Positions 49,649 through 63,914 of a stretch of 64,000 nt of DNA are shown one piece after another. Every line of letters starts with the position of its first letter. The first letter of the stretch is position 1. Where the stretch lies: contig NC_087437.1 in NCBI RefSeq assembly GCF_036321535.1, positions 105,092,001 through 105,156,000 on the forward strand. The letters are read 5' to 3'. The DNA is from Camelus dromedarius (Eukaryota). The notes under the pieces are model-generated. The model worked only from the letters and a program-made list of their open reading frames with translations. It was not told the DNA's origin and did not search any database. A program made the position numbers and the translations under genes.

Positions 49649-51117
49649 GAGACATGATAATTTCTTATCTGCTTTTAGTATGAGGATTAGAGAAAATTCT
49701 AGTTGAAAATTATATATGACAATGATAAAAAGTGAACTTATCTAACATGCTTATTCCTTGCATTTGAGGCCTGGGCCAGATGATCTGAAGGGTAGTTTAA
49801 TCAGTGATATATTTATCTTAGTTATAAAACTACTGGTAACTGCCATATAAGTAGGCCATAAAAAGCTAGTGATTGTTGAATACAAAATATTCAACATCAT
49901 AACTACTTAAGTTACTTTTATTGTGAAACTATAGTTCTTGTTTTTATTTATTTGCTTTGCAAATGGCTTAAAATTTTATAGACTAAACAGAATAGAGATT
50001 AGGAAAATAGAATGATTGCCCATAATCTTGCAAAATCTTTAAGAGCAAGTTTTCACCTCTGAACCCAACATATAGTCTTTAATATTTCCTGTAAAAGTGT
50101 AAAAAAGAATCCAACTATTCATAATTTGAACCCAAACTTATTATCAAGTCTAAAAAAGTTAGGAGATTAGGCTCCTCCTTTTAATGTTCAAAAGCACTTT
50201 TGTTTTTTCCTTTTAAGCAGAAACCTGCCAATTTGTTTTTGACATTTCAGAGATTATGCTTCCTAATTTCAATTTATGAAACGCAGGAGATAACAAACAT
50301 ACTATACTGAGTTAAAAAAAGAAGCACCAAATGCAGAGCACATCTAACTAAAATTAGAACGTCATTTGTAACAAGGTAGTTATTACATATGAACTGCTTA
50401 TAATACTTCATTATTATATGAGATAAAGTAATAACAGTTAATGGTATCAAATCTTGATATGAGACATCAAATTGTCTTATTTACATTTTTCTTATTGAGT
50501 TCCCTGCACCTACATTCATTTCTGTTCAGAGGTAAGAGCCCAAAATACAGTTTTTCCTGAGGGATAAAGTAAGTATTTAGAACTGTCAGATACCTTCAAA
50601 AGTTCCAGGGATATAAATCAATATTATGGTAAATTCAAAACACTTCAATATTGAGGTACAATTCATTGAATTACCATATTTTATTTACAAATCCATCTTT
50701 AGTTAAGGTAAGAATAATTTTAATAGTAGAGCCTGCATGTCCAGGATGAGTTAAGGTGTAATTTTTTTAAAATTTACAGAGAAAATTAAAATAACAAAGG
50801 TTTATAATAAAAATTAGAATGTCTTATTTATAGAGGGAAACATATTTAACATGTGATTTAACAGCTTGTTTTATTTCCCTGATTGTCCCCTAACCCTATT
50901 TAATTTAAGTTACTGACACACAAAAAAATGGCTACTTTGTTATAATTGTTTAAGTCCAGCAATTATTTTTATATTTTATACCCAGTATGGTCATCATAAG
51001 GATTGAATTTGGAGAGAAATTAAAAACGCTTGCTTCACTGTAGTTCTTATTCTATTATGGAGAACACTACTTTAAAATGAAAACAATTTTTTTTTTTCAA
51101 AACTTTAAATTTCTGCT

Positions 51118-51560
51118 GAATGGTGGATTACAGGTGATGTGAATGCTTTGTTTCTCCTCTCAGTGAGAGATGGAATAGAGTTTTCTTCCCCTTGAATCTG
51201 GGAAGGTCTTAGTGAATCCTTTGCAGAAAGGAATGTAGTGAAACTGACCTTTCAAGGGTTGCAAGACTGCGCCAAAAGGGACACTGCGGCCTGGGCCTGG
51301 GGCTCTTGAAACCTATGGATTCCAATTACCCTGAGACTCCAAACTGCCAGCCTTCAGCCACAGTGCAAACCTCATCATCCAGACCTGCCTATCTGCTATG
51401 GGAATCCAAAGAGCGCCCTCTACTGGTGCCATGTGGAAGAGAAGAATCGTCAATTCAAGTCCAATCTGAATTCCAGATCCAGAGAATAGTATCTATAATA
51501 CATTTTTGTTGTTTAATGCCTCTGAGCTTTGGATTGTTACATAAAACAGGCATTACTCTT
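51118..51560 (+). mobile_element. MaLR LTR (MLT1F/G/H-like)
   Basis: GGTGGATTACAG...TTCCCCTTGAATCTGGG...GGAATGTAGTGAAACTGAC...TTGTTGTTTAATGCCTCTGAGCTTTGG. Confidence 0.65.
51413..51426 (-). promoter_or_regulatory. Near-consensus CTCF core motif within the MLT1 LTR
   Basis: Minus strand reads gcaCCAGTAGAGGGCGCtc with its CpG retained; motif match only. Confidence 0.55.
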
Positions 51561-53574
51561 ATATATTTTTTTTTTTTTGCAGGGTAGGAGGTGATTCAGG
51601 TCAGCTATGTAAGAATCCACCAGGGACACTAAAATATCACATATTCCTCACTGGCACAGATGCTGCCAATGGCTTCATTTTAATGAAGAGATTTAACCAC
51701 ACTCCTGTCACAGATTTAACACTTACTACTTGATTTGGATGAAATCTGGTAATCTGGTAGGTTAAAATGTACCTCAGAGAAGAACTGAGGAAAAACTATG
51801 GTTAATCATTTTTTTTAATTTTAAAATTCCATGTAATTCATATTATACAAATCACAGAATTTTCACATAAACTGAATCCATCCAATTTGTGGATTACAAA
51901 AAATGTAAATATTTTTGTGAATGCAGCTACACATACATACATGTATTTGTGAGTAAATGTATGCCTGTTTGTGTTACAGCAAAACTTTGGTTTGAACATG
52001 TAGTAGGTTATTTTTAAATATCTTCTATCTTCTACTTTCAATGCTGTACTATGGTTTTCTTTAAAGGGGTATTCTGAATCTTTCCGGCCAGGCTTACATT
52101 TGTGTCAGTTTCTAGAGTTACATTACCAGCTCAGGCATCTGTGCCTTTATAAGTGCCTATTCCTAGACTTAGATGGTTGGTGTATGAATAGTTTTTGTTG
52201 TTGTTGTTGTTGCTGTTATTCTATGAAATAGGTATTTTCAAAAGTTTTCTAAAATGTAGTAATTTGTAGAAATTGGAAGAAAGTTAATTTATTCTGGTAC
52301 TGGTTATGTTTATTCATGATGTATATAACATTTTTGTGTAGAAGGAAAAGTATGCATCTAATATCTTAATTTTATCTGTTTATTTCTACCACATTCTTAT
52401 TCACACTTCTATTTAAAATTAACTTGCTAACGTGTTAAATTTATTATATTTTGTAGCTACAAACCTGCACCTTAAAATTATGTAAATAACAAAAACAAAA
52501 ACAAAAAAATCAATGGAATCAAAATTTTAAAAAATGATGCTTTTTCATAAGACTGAAATGACCTCTACTATAAAAATAATTTGGTCCAAACTTCAATTGA
52601 AATTAAGGCTTTTGCTGAGATTAAGGCTTTTGCTAGGATTTTAGAAACAGAAGCAATAATGGAGTGTGTACATGACCTTAATTACAGTGTTTACAAACTA
52701 AGCTCAATAATTTTCAAATTATCATCTATATATTAAATTGTATACCTTGCATTTACATCCTGTGAGGCCACTGCCTAGATTCAACTGGGTAGCTATTTCC
52801 AAACTGTATTTTATCACTACATCTTTAGAATAGTAAGGGTAGAAGGTATTAAAATAATTTTATTTTATAACATATTTCATGTATTATAAGCTGTTATTTC
52901 CAAATTGATGATTTTCTTATTTTCAGAATCAAAAAGCAATTCTATTTAAAATATAAACTAAGCTTTGATAAACCAAATTACATAACAATTTGTGTTTCCA
53001 TAAAGAGGAACAACTAAGTACGAGTTTTAACTGACATATATTTCCAATTCAAATGAAAAATAAATGTTCCTTTTTGAAAGAAAATTTCTGTATTATATAA
53101 AAGAAAATTCATGTGTAAAACGTATTAAATTGTCATTTCCATTATAAAGACTAAAAAGCGGGGAAGCTGCTTGGTAAAATTTCTGTTTTCTCTTCATTGA
53201 AATCACAGTAAAATATATATTCATAAAATCTAAGATGACAGAGTGAAGAAAATGTCAAGTTGCCTCAACCCAGAAGCTCTGTTATATCTGTGATAATGTA
53301 CAAAATATGTCAAAATGTCTCACTTTTTACACTTAGATGAAGTTGCTGATTTACGAACTGTTTACAATTTATTGTATTTTGAAAATCAGTTTTCTATCAC
53401 ATATCAGTAATCAGAACAATAGTTAGGGCTTCACTTACACACATTGGGCCTGGGGCAGAGTGTCCAGGTAGAAGTCTTATCCAATTAATCAAGTTTCCAA
53501 GAAACAGAATCATCTATGAAGTAAATTTTTGTGTTGAAGTTTATCCTGTCATTTTAATCAAGTGATAACTGAAA

Positions 53575-54062
53575 TGTAATCATTGAAATAAAAAATATGC
53601 TGTATTAAATAGCATAATAGAGAAAGGTAAAGAAAATGCACTAGATGGTAGAGTGGAAGAAATTATCCTAAAATCTGAAAAGATAAATAAAAATATGAAA
53701 AAACAAAGTGAAATGTAGGTAGATGAAATCCTGGCACTCTGTTTGTCTCTGACATACATCTGGAAGAAAAAAATTGAGGATGAAGTAGTTTCAAGAAAGT
53801 TAATGACAGAATTTGTTCTGAACTGGTAAAAGACATGAATCTTTAGAAATGTCTAAAGATTTCTAGGCAAGGGAAAAATAGAAAAGGATGCCACAAAAAA
53901 GTTCCAAAACAATTAGGCACAAAGATCTTAAACATAACATAGAGAAGACTGATTACCTACAAAGAAGTAGAGTAAAACTGATAACAATCTCACAATCATA
54001 ACATTAAAAGCCAGAATCCAGTGAAATACTGTCTTCAAAGAGTTGAGGAAAAATAACTGTTA
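53575..54062 (+). mobile_element. Ancient L1/HAL1 ORF1 remnant
   Basis: AATGACAGAATTTGTTCTGAACTGGTAAAAGACATGAATC, GATTACCTACAAAG, AAAGCCAGAA...TCTTCAAAGAGTTGAGGAAAAATAACTGT. Confidence 0.65.
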
Positions 54063-54879
54063 GTTTCTGATTTTTTTTGGTTAGATGAACTATAAATAAA
54101 GAACAATTTTGTAATTTTTCATAATAACTTTTTCTTTAAATTGTCTTGCTGCTATATGGACACTTGAGAGATTCTAATGAAAGATATGAACTTCTACTCT
54201 GGAGAATACATATATATGTGCAAGATTTATGTACAACTTTAGATTCGTGTACTCCCTAAGACTCTTTGCTCTAGAGAATGTAACTTTTTACCTGTGAATC
54301 AAGCTACCGACATGAGCTGAGCACCTGTGCCACATTTTTTAGATTCTTTAGAGTGTACAGTTCCTTTTTGTTTTTTTGATCAGTAGTGCTGATTTTGTTA
54401 AAAGTATTATCCATTATATCACACATATGCTAATAAAACTCACATAGACTATTTTTCATGCTTTTTTCAGGTGATTCGCTGGCACTCTAAATTTTCACTA
54501 ACTCAAAGAATGTCTGCTCTAGATTCTGATGTAGGCAAGCAGAAATGCACTCTTTAGAAGCCAGACTATAAAATGACTGGTTTTAAGGAAAAAAATTATC
54601 TTTTTGTTCTCTTCTGTTACTAGTAATATCTCTTGAGATCCCAAAATAAAAATTTCTAAAGTTTTGATTTAAAAAAATTATAAGAAACAGTGTTCTTTAA
54701 CTTACTAGTTTGTATCTAACTCAGTATGCCAAAAGAATCTATAAAACCACTTCCCTCTATTTGTTGAATACAATTAGAATCTTGAAATTGGTACACACAT
54801 ACGAAGAAACTTCATTAACCTTCACTGTAATCTCTCCACCCAAACTGATAAGGGGGTAAGAATTGCAAAATTGTTGATG

Positions 54880-55150
54880 GCATTGGCTCTGGGAACAGAA
54901 CAGCCTGTCCGCCTGAGTACAATCTTAGAGTCTCCATTTTCTGGCTATTCAACCCAGGAGATGTTGCTTCACTTCCTAGATATACTATACCCCCTGTGAA
55001 TATTTAACCTCACTTTTCCCATTTGTAAAAAGGAATAATGGTAGTAAATAGTTCTTAGGTTGTTGCCAGTATCAAAGATTCATATTATTTATTTAATACA
55101 GCTACTAAAATAAGTCCTACCCAGAAACTGTTATTGCTCATTATTATTAG
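54880..55150 (+). mobile_element. MIR SINE
   Basis: GGCTCTGGGAACAGA...TTTTCCCATTTGTAAAAAGGAATAATGGTAGTA. Confidence 0.6.
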
Positions 55151-57489
55151 TTTAAATACTTAACAACTCTATCTCAGTTGGAACAATAGCTCATTTATTT
55201 CAAAATAGTATCAGTGTGGACTACAGGATAGAATGAGTGAATTTTAAAGGTAACAGCATTCAACTAAATTAACAGTACGTTTACTTGTATACTAACATAG
55301 CTTAATTTTGTACTTTGGATAAGTGAATATATAACTTAGAAAATAGTCATGGAACATGTTTTGAGAAAAATGTTTAAATATCACTTATTTATATTAAATG
55401 TTAAAAATATTTAAATATTAGGTTGAAAGAAAGGTGGTTTTCATGCAATGAAAGGTTACTGCATGTAAAATTTCAAACTATGAATTTATTGTGTTTTTCT
55501 TTTGTTCATATAAAGAACTACTGTATAGTTAAATTAGAATGTTATTTCTAAGTAAAGTCCTAATGAACTTGCAGACAAAATGATACACTGAGCTAGGCTT
55601 AGAGAAACTGAGCAAAATTTTAGTTTTGAGTAGAAATTATCTCCTGGAAACTTCCCCATATTTTTCAAAACCAAGAGGCAGAATCATAGAATTCTGTCTA
55701 CTATAAATATGAAATTTCTAGTTATAAAACAAAGTAGATCGTATGCAATATATTTTTAATACTTCAATATATTATATAATTTTATAAGTCAGACAAATAA
55801 ATGTACTACACATATTACAATAATTTAGGTACTTGATGCGTTTTAAAATATGGAAAAATAAAGATGAATACTTCATGAGAATTTTATGGAAATTTAATTC
55901 ACTGAAGGATTATGATATTCATAGTTTCCAGTTTCAAAGATGGATAAAAAATGTCAGGAACATCTTTAAAATAACAGAGACCAGCTCAGTGCCCAAACTT
56001 ATTCACATCTGGACATTTCACATTTTAATATAAATACAGTGTGTACTATAACACAGCCTGCAAAAGGTACTTAATTGCTGTGAGAAATTTCTGTAGGACA
56101 AATTCAGAAGACACTTAAGCAGTGTTGCACTAACTGAAATATTCATCAAAATAATTTGAAATCATAATCAACATATTTCACGACATTTCATGTGAAACAC
56201 ACTTAATGAGTTCTAGATCATTAAAAATCATTATTATTTATTTTTTCTATTTATGGTACATTATTTTTCTATTTATTTATTTTTTTTCTATTATACTAGA
56301 CACATTCCCAAAGGCAAAGGAGAAGTAAATGACTTTATCTCATTTGTTCAAGAGCTTCAGACTCCTGGATGTGGGAAGGTCAATGTCTTTTCTTTTAATA
56401 CAGATGAGTTAGAGTATGGAAATTACTGTGTACGGTCTGGCTCACAAATGGTTTCACAGAATGTCTTCACCCTGGACTTCCTTCTTAATATTTTACATAT
56501 GGACCATAGAGATAGATGTTTTACTTATCTCACGGTCTCCAACTCACATGTTCCATCTGCTTCTGCATTCCATAGATGATTAGCCTTCGGAAATTCTGCT
56601 TTGATCTTGTCACTGTCATATTTAAATCTATTAGTTTCTATCTCACCTGCAACACTGTATAGAGCAAAGAGCTCTTAGAAAAGGATGGATATCCTCCAGG
56701 ATGTGTGCAAGCTCTCCTACTGAAGGTGTAAACGTAATCTTAGTAATACTTAAAATGTATATTTATTAAAATGAATAATTAAATTTACTAATATTTGATA
56801 AATGATATTGTGCTTTTTTATTATTGAGAATATATAATAAGAAGTTTGAAAATACAAAACCAAGTACAAAACAGCATTGGATTTAATTTAGAGTTATTTT
56901 CAAATATTGTGGTTACTTAAAGAAGTCATGATAAAGAAAAAGAAGTCACTAAAGTCCTCTTGATCACTTTAAACACAAAATCTACTTGCTGAAATTTAGT
57001 ATTGATTCCTTTTGTTTCAGGCTCAGCTTGCTGGAAATACTTCCTCACTATATTGATTCTTTTTATATAAAGATGTCTTATTTAAAGCATTTTAAAGTTT
57101 TTTTTTCCTTTTGATCATTTGGTTTTATTCTCTTTTATAATTTATTGAATTTATTTTTAAAGGTAGGATATATTTGGTGCTAATAAAGTTAATTTCCATG
57201 TTGGTTTCTTTTCATTTAGAGCATAGCTTTTACATTCTTCCACACAGAACTAACTATGATAAGAATTAAGCATCACTTGTCGAAGTTTTAAGGGTTATGT
57301 TGAAGACAAGTTATGATTTTCATGACTAGAATCCCTGCTAGAGCAATTGGGAGATTTATAGAACTTGCTTTATACAGATAGAGCTGTCCACTCTACTCCA
57401 AATATAAGAAAATGCATACTCACACACAAGTATATTCTAAGAAATACCAGTTTTGTTTTGTTTAAAAATAAGCCTTGGGATGACACTAG

Positions 57490-57602
57490 GTATTTTATTC
57501 ATTAATCATTTGTTAGATACTTACTATGTTCCAAGCACTGTTCTAGGTTCAGGGATATGGTGAGAAACAAGGACAACAAATTCCCTCACAGAGTTTACAC
57601 AT
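57490..57602 (-). mobile_element. LINE-2 3' end
   Basis: TACTTACTATGTTCCAAGCACTGTTCTAGGTTCAGGGATATGGTGAGAAACAAG. Confidence 0.75.
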
Positions 57603-58581
57603 GGTACACTTCAAAATGAACTGCATCTTTTTTTTTTTTTTTTTTGGTAAAAAGGATATACAACATATTTCATATATTATATATGTATATATATAATTAT
57701 ATATTATATACAAATAATATATTTTTCTTCAAGCTTTCCTCAACTTATTCATAAATTGAACTAATGAACACAAACCTCATTGGTCATACATCAATGACAG
57801 TATTCAACAGAATATATATTGCAATCTGGAAAGTGCAAAAATTCCTCACAGACTATGTCCCTGTCTCAAAAACTGGCAAGGTAAAATAATGCAAGAAATT
57901 TTATGATTCTATGATAGAAAGTTATTCCAGGCAGCTTCCAGATTTGTGTAATACAAATGGGTCTTGATTCACTGTATGTGATGGCCTATTCAGTTGACTC
58001 AGATAAAACACATTCATAAATTCTAGGGCTTTATGGAGAAAAAAAAAATCCTTTTCTGTGGTTTTTGTGGGATATACTCAACACTTAGAGCTCTTAATCA
58101 GTAGGAAAGGGATTATGGAAACAGGTTGTGGAACTTGTTAACAGATTATGGTAACTTGTTTTTGTCATTAAGCAGATTGTTAGCACCATTCTGCAATTTC
58201 ATTGGTGTAATACACATCTTCTTTCTCCAGATACTGGGGGAAATTATTATAAATAGTCTTGAGGAGAGCAATTAGGAACATTAATTTATTCTGCATGAAT
58301 TTTATTTAGCTTTACTAAACTCAAATGGATGTCATAAGAAAAGGATTGGACTTTTTAACCCTTACAATTTTTCACAAAATGGGTCACATGAGAGCTTCCT
58401 CAAAATTCTAACTTAGTGATTAAGTACTATTTCATTCAGTATATTTTTAAATGTAAGCTTATTGGCCTTTTAAAATTTGTTCTCTTTTTTTTCCTTAACT
58501 TTTGCTGCTGAGAATTAAGCACAGTCAGAAAGTCTCGATTCAAGAGGAGCAGAATGTGTTCATTTCATATTTCTTATTTTT

Positions 58582-58655
58582 TTAAATGAAAACGTGAAAG
58601 TTCTTTTTTTTAATTGAAGTATAGTTGCTGTACAATATTATGTAAATTACAGGTG
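58582..58655 (-). mobile_element. 74-bp L1 micro-insertion with 17-bp TSD
   Basis: L1 terminal sequence at 58612-58655, A8, then 20 extra nt; TSD TCATATTTCTTATTTTT at 58565-58581 and 58656-58672; canonical TTT/AAAA endonuclease site on the minus strand. Confidence 0.85.
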
Positions 58656-61600
58656 TCATATTTCTTATTTTTAAACTTTGGTCCTTGTTAGTCATTAAAA
58701 CTTGAATTTATAGTTGTTCAGTTTTTAGGGCCTTAAAACTCAGGATTTTAAAGATTTTCATTTCAAGATGAATTTTAGTGAAAGTTATAGACGAAAATCT
58801 TAGATAAGTAGAGGAAATTTTGCAATGAATCCAGATACTTTTGAAATGCATTTTTGGCCATTTGGTTTTAGTTTTTAAAACAATGTATTTCCAAAGTTAT
58901 TTCTGTCAAGATAATTTATAAATGTTCAGAGTAGTAATTTAAGATTCATAATGTATTCTACCTATTATTAAAAGCTGCAATTTTAAAAAAATCATGGGAA
59001 GTAATCTTTTGCTTGCCACAATATTTTGGAAATAAGTATCTTGGAAAGATATGTATGCAAATGAATATCTTGGAATTAGTGTATGAAAACTGAAGTAAAC
59101 ATTTAAAGATAAGTGAAAAGTGGCATAAATTGCTATTAAACAGAATTTTGTAAACACATGCTCTCAAATGTGCAAAGATAGGGGACTGTTCTCTTTCCCA
59201 CAATTTTCTTGAAAATAAAGAATCTTTCTTTAAAACAGATGAAGATACTTTTAGTTAGCTATAGGAAAGAATTATTTCTCTAAAGAAACTTTCACATGCA
59301 TTCTAAGATTCCCAGTGATGTTAGCATCATCCCTTCTGAAACTAGGGATGTACATGCCCCCTGCAGTGCACTAAACCAGAATCCAGCTGAATTAACCAAA
59401 TCTCAAGGTAGTCCACCTTTCAGATGCTGTACAATAGAGTGCATGTATGAAAGAAAAGGACCTGTCTCTTCCCAATTGTTTGGAGATGACTGGAAAGCTT
59501 GAATGGAGTACATGAAATAGACTGATTTTTTTTTTCTTAATATTAAATGAAAAATTAGCTTGGCTAGGACAGAATACAGGTGAGTGTGTCTGGTAAGTGC
59601 CCCTCTTCTAGAATGGAAAACTAAAATCTAAAACTTTATCAACCAGAGAGTCTGATCTGAATTCGCCTTGAACCTCTGATCGCTCATTCTGACTTTGATG
59701 ATCATGCATATTTGGGATTTAACTAGGAGAATCTTTCAGTACTATTTATCCTGAAATATTTGGAATCTACAAAGATCTGGAGCATACATTTATTTTGTGA
59801 TGTGTGTCATGCATCCAGAATAAAAATATTAAGTAAAATAGAGGTACTGTGTCCCTCCATAGGTTAAAATTAAATTTAAAAAGCAGATATAACATACTTA
59901 TTTTATTACATAGTATTTTTTGTATTCAATTAATACCATAGCCACTGGAGAAAAAAAAATGTAGACTTAGTTCATTTGACTTTGCATATTCCTTTTTTAA
60001 ACTAGATCTTTTGTACTTGGGTTTTATAGACAGGCATAATGTTGCAATTGATAAAAAAATTGCCAGACAGAAGCACGTCCAAATTCAAGATTGGACCAAA
60101 GCGTTTTTTTGGTATTATCAATCCTCAATACCTTGTAGATGGAACAAATAATATATCAAGGTTAGTTTAAGGATTAAATGATATTCCTTAAATGTGACAT
60201 GAACAATGGGTGTTTTCTCCTAAAAATTAAAAAAATGGTTATTTGGAGTAATAAAAGTGCTTTGCATATTCAGCAGAACGTAGAGCAAATAAGTGATAAA
60301 GGACAGTATGAAGTTTTGTCAGGTTTCTACTACATGTCAGGTTCTTTAGAAATGGTATTTATTTTAAAAATAGCAAGTCATCAATGTATTTAGTGGACGA
60401 TAAATTGCATTTAGAAATAAACTAGTTTCTGTTAGGGCAGAAAATCATACCTATGATCTGCTTCCTGCTCAGAGAAAACCTGTGATCAGATTAGGCACAC
60501 GATTTATACTCATATAATTAAAGGTCATAAAGGGAAGAACACATTCAAATTAAAAACAGGGGTATAATCAGTAACTATCAGTACAGTGATGAAAAGAAGA
60601 AGTCATTAGGAAGTTGTGTAGCTTAAATGATGCTTAAGGGTTTCTGAGACATAATGGAAACAGAAAAGGGCTTTTAATCAAAGAAGTGTTCCTAAGTATA
60701 TTTTCCTCTGAAATTTTGAAAAGTTAACAATTATCTGAGTGATAAATTCAAGTACTAATTATTTTAATCAACAACAGATTTTGTAAATGTATGCTTAGAA
60801 TCTACAGTTTGGGATATAAAATAACTTTATTTGGTAATTATATTTGTGTCATACTTTCTATAATAGATGCCTCTCTGAAAAAGTGCAGGAAAGCTAGACT
60901 CTTTATGAGAACTGTTGCTCCTGCACATCAAAGGAAAACTTCTCTGTGTGCTGAAGCTATTTTATACTTTGATAATTTGATGACATTTCATCTCATGGCA
61001 TATTTAAAAATCAGCTTTTCACTTTTCAAGGGCAGTTTACTTTCAGTCCCTAACTTGGTCAATCTAAATGATTGATTTTAGCAATATGCCAGTGAATTGT
61101 GAATATTTTAATATAATATATACCCAAAGGTAGTTAGTATTTTGTTCAGGAAGGCAATTCATATTAAAGATTGATGGCTTTTATTCTCTTCAGTCTTTGT
61201 ATTCCTTCTCTAATGTTGTCCCTATCTAAAGAGCTATTTTTATTTTGCTGAAGTTTTGACCCGTATTTTTACAAAGTGTTAATAAGAATCTTCAGGGTTA
61301 TTACACTAAAATCTTTGTATTCACAACTCAGAAACAGACTGACTTCTATTTTTACAGAAGCTTTGTGAAAATTCAATGACAGAGTTAACAGTTCATGCCT
61401 TTTCCCAAATATTTTTGAATGTCCTCAATAATACCTATTCTCTTCCGTGTTAATATGTTTTAGCCCAGGTTATAGAAACTTTCTTAGTAAAGTCCACATG
61501 ATTTTTGCTCTTTTACTCCACAAACTGCCTTGATGTGAAAATTTTTATGAGAAAAATTTGAATCTAAGAACAGAAAAATGCAAATTTTGGCAAAAATGTT

Positions 61601-63129
61601 ATTCTTCTTAATGGATCAGAATGTAACAAAAGATGTAGCTTTTTTCTTGGCAGAAAGGGAGGAACACATAACTTCTTGAAACTAACCATTGAAATTTTAG
61701 AATAGACCAAATTTAATAGGAAGAAAAATAATTTTTTGCCTGAAATATTCAGATTATTCACATAAAATGTGTTTTTACGTTTATTTTTCTTAGGTTTTAA
61801 CTATATATTTACTAGACTACAATTTTGCAAGTTATTCTGTAGATATGCCTCTAATAGTTTTATCTATGACTAGAGATATATAGTTATTTCTTAACTAAAA
61901 TATTAAGAGCATACTTTAACTGGGACCTCACTCACCTCTGTCTTGTGAATAATTTTATTTACTCTAATATCTGCAATATTTAAATGTATATGGTTTAAAT
62001 TTTATTGTTTTCCACCTTAAATTTCCCAAAGAAAGTAAGTGGATATAAATATTACTTCATTCTTTTTTTTACATATGCACAATGTTTAAAAAAAGAACAA
62101 TTAATCCTTGCAGTTAACAGCATTAGTCTCAGTCATTTGGAGCAATGTAAGCAATCTCTGCACATAAGCATAAGTAGCATGAAGTGCTATGTGCATATAT
62201 TGCAAACCCTCAACTATCCTGGCATAGCATATTCCCTGTATGGATTATCTGCGTAACTTTTAAATTGTATGTTGATATCTCTGATTGTGTTGGAATGATG
62301 TTACATACCCACTGATTCCAGGTCAGCAACTTTGGCTGGTCTTTCTGAAAAAGAGGCCAGGTTGTTAGCCTGCCTGAAATCCCTGGATTTAAGCCTTGGT
62401 TTTTTCCTTAAGCCCTGTAGCTTCTAATCAGTCTGCTCTCTCTGACAATCAGCCTTTCCCCAGTTGATCTCCTTCACTCTCACACTGTGTGTTACAAGCC
62501 GAGGCTTTGACATGGTGTTATACTCTTAAAAATAAAGTTTAGGTTTCTAACAAAGTAGAGGATAAAACTAAGAAATCTAAGAAGGAATTTTGCCAAATGG
62601 AAATTTATCCTTCCTGCTGATTTTAAGCATCTGTCTTGAATTAAATAAGGTATAGATGTTATTAAAATTGCATCTAGATTTTAGACCTTATATTATTGCC
62701 ATTAACATTTATATAGCATTGAATATTTTAGCTGTTTTGGATTCTGCACCCTACAGAAAACAACTTTACAGCCTCTTCAGCAGATTTTTATTTTGCAGAA
62801 AAAAAATAATAGTAACAATACATGCTAAGTAAATGTCACAAATGGAAATACTGGAAAACAAGAATAACAAAAGGAAAAATTAAATTGAATTCCTTAAACA
62901 AATCTGTATAGTGTAGAATATTGTACTTCATGAATCTATTTTATAAAATACTTTGAAATACTTTCTAATCAGAGATTATTTTAGAATTTATTTAGAATTA
63001 TTTGAGTTATCTATTTAGAATTAATTTTAGAAAAAATAATTATTTTAGAATGTTGAATATATTAAATATATTACCCTTTTTTGTTCAAGCAAAACAGTGC
63101 CTCCATACATGTGATTAAACTTAGTCTGT

Positions 63130-63295
63130 AATATGATTATATATAATATAATGATAATATATATTTATATATATAATCAAACTAAAGACCAAGTTTAATT
63201 ATATAAACAGGGGTACTGTTTATGTAATATTATGTAGCCTTATAAATATATAATAATATTTATTATAAATATATAATATATATTATATATTATAG
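63130..63295. repeat. AT-rich low-complexity (TA)-like tract
   Basis: Directly visible TATATAAT-type degenerate repeats. Confidence 0.8.
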
Positions 63296-63547
63296 TTTCT
63301 GATTATAGCTTCTACCTGTAATACTCTAAAATGAATTGATTCTTTAAAGTTGATTGTTTAATTAAAATCAGATTATTTCCTATAGCTTATTCAACAAAGA
63401 TCTGTGGCATTACCACTAGAAAAGTTTTATACTGCTTTGCTTAGAAGACGTAAAGGACATAGGAAATAACAGAATTGAGGTGACTGTAAGAGTATTTTGT
63501 GAAGATGGAACATTTTGAAACCTAGGTTTGTCTACTGAAATACACCG

Positions 63548-63862
63548 AAAGTCTACTATCCAAAACTGTCTCCACTAGCCACATGTGACTAATAAGGATT
63601 TGAAATGTGGTTTAGTCCAAATTGAGAGGTACTATAAGTATAAAATACACACCAGATTTCAAAGACTTTGTATTAAAAAAAAAGACTGTGAAGTGTCTCA
63701 ATGTTTTTTATATTGATTACATTTAGAAGTCACTATATTTTTGGTATGTTTATTATTAAAATTAATTTCCTCTGTTTCTTCTAAGCTTTTTATCAGAAAA
63801 TCACAAAAGACATAAGTGACCCACAGTTAAGTCTCACATCATTTTGTAGTAGTGCACAGCTC
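63548..63862 (+). mobile_element. MER33-like hAT-Charlie MITE
   Basis: CCACTAGCCACATGTGACTA...TTGAAATGTGG...AGTATAAAATACACACCAGATTTCAAAGACTT...TATATTGATTACAT...ATTAAAATTAATTTC. Confidence 0.8.
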
Positions 63863-63914
63863 TCCATATTGAAGAAGAGCAACATGATGGTTGTGAAGAT
63901 TTTCCTACTGACTT

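Noticed and set aside
59577..59598. Two strong splice donors (CAG/GTGAGT and TG/GTAAGT) 13 bp apart
   Set aside because: There is no convincing upstream acceptor or reading frame, and such motifs are expected by chance in 64 kb. A non-coding exon cannot be excluded without RNA data.
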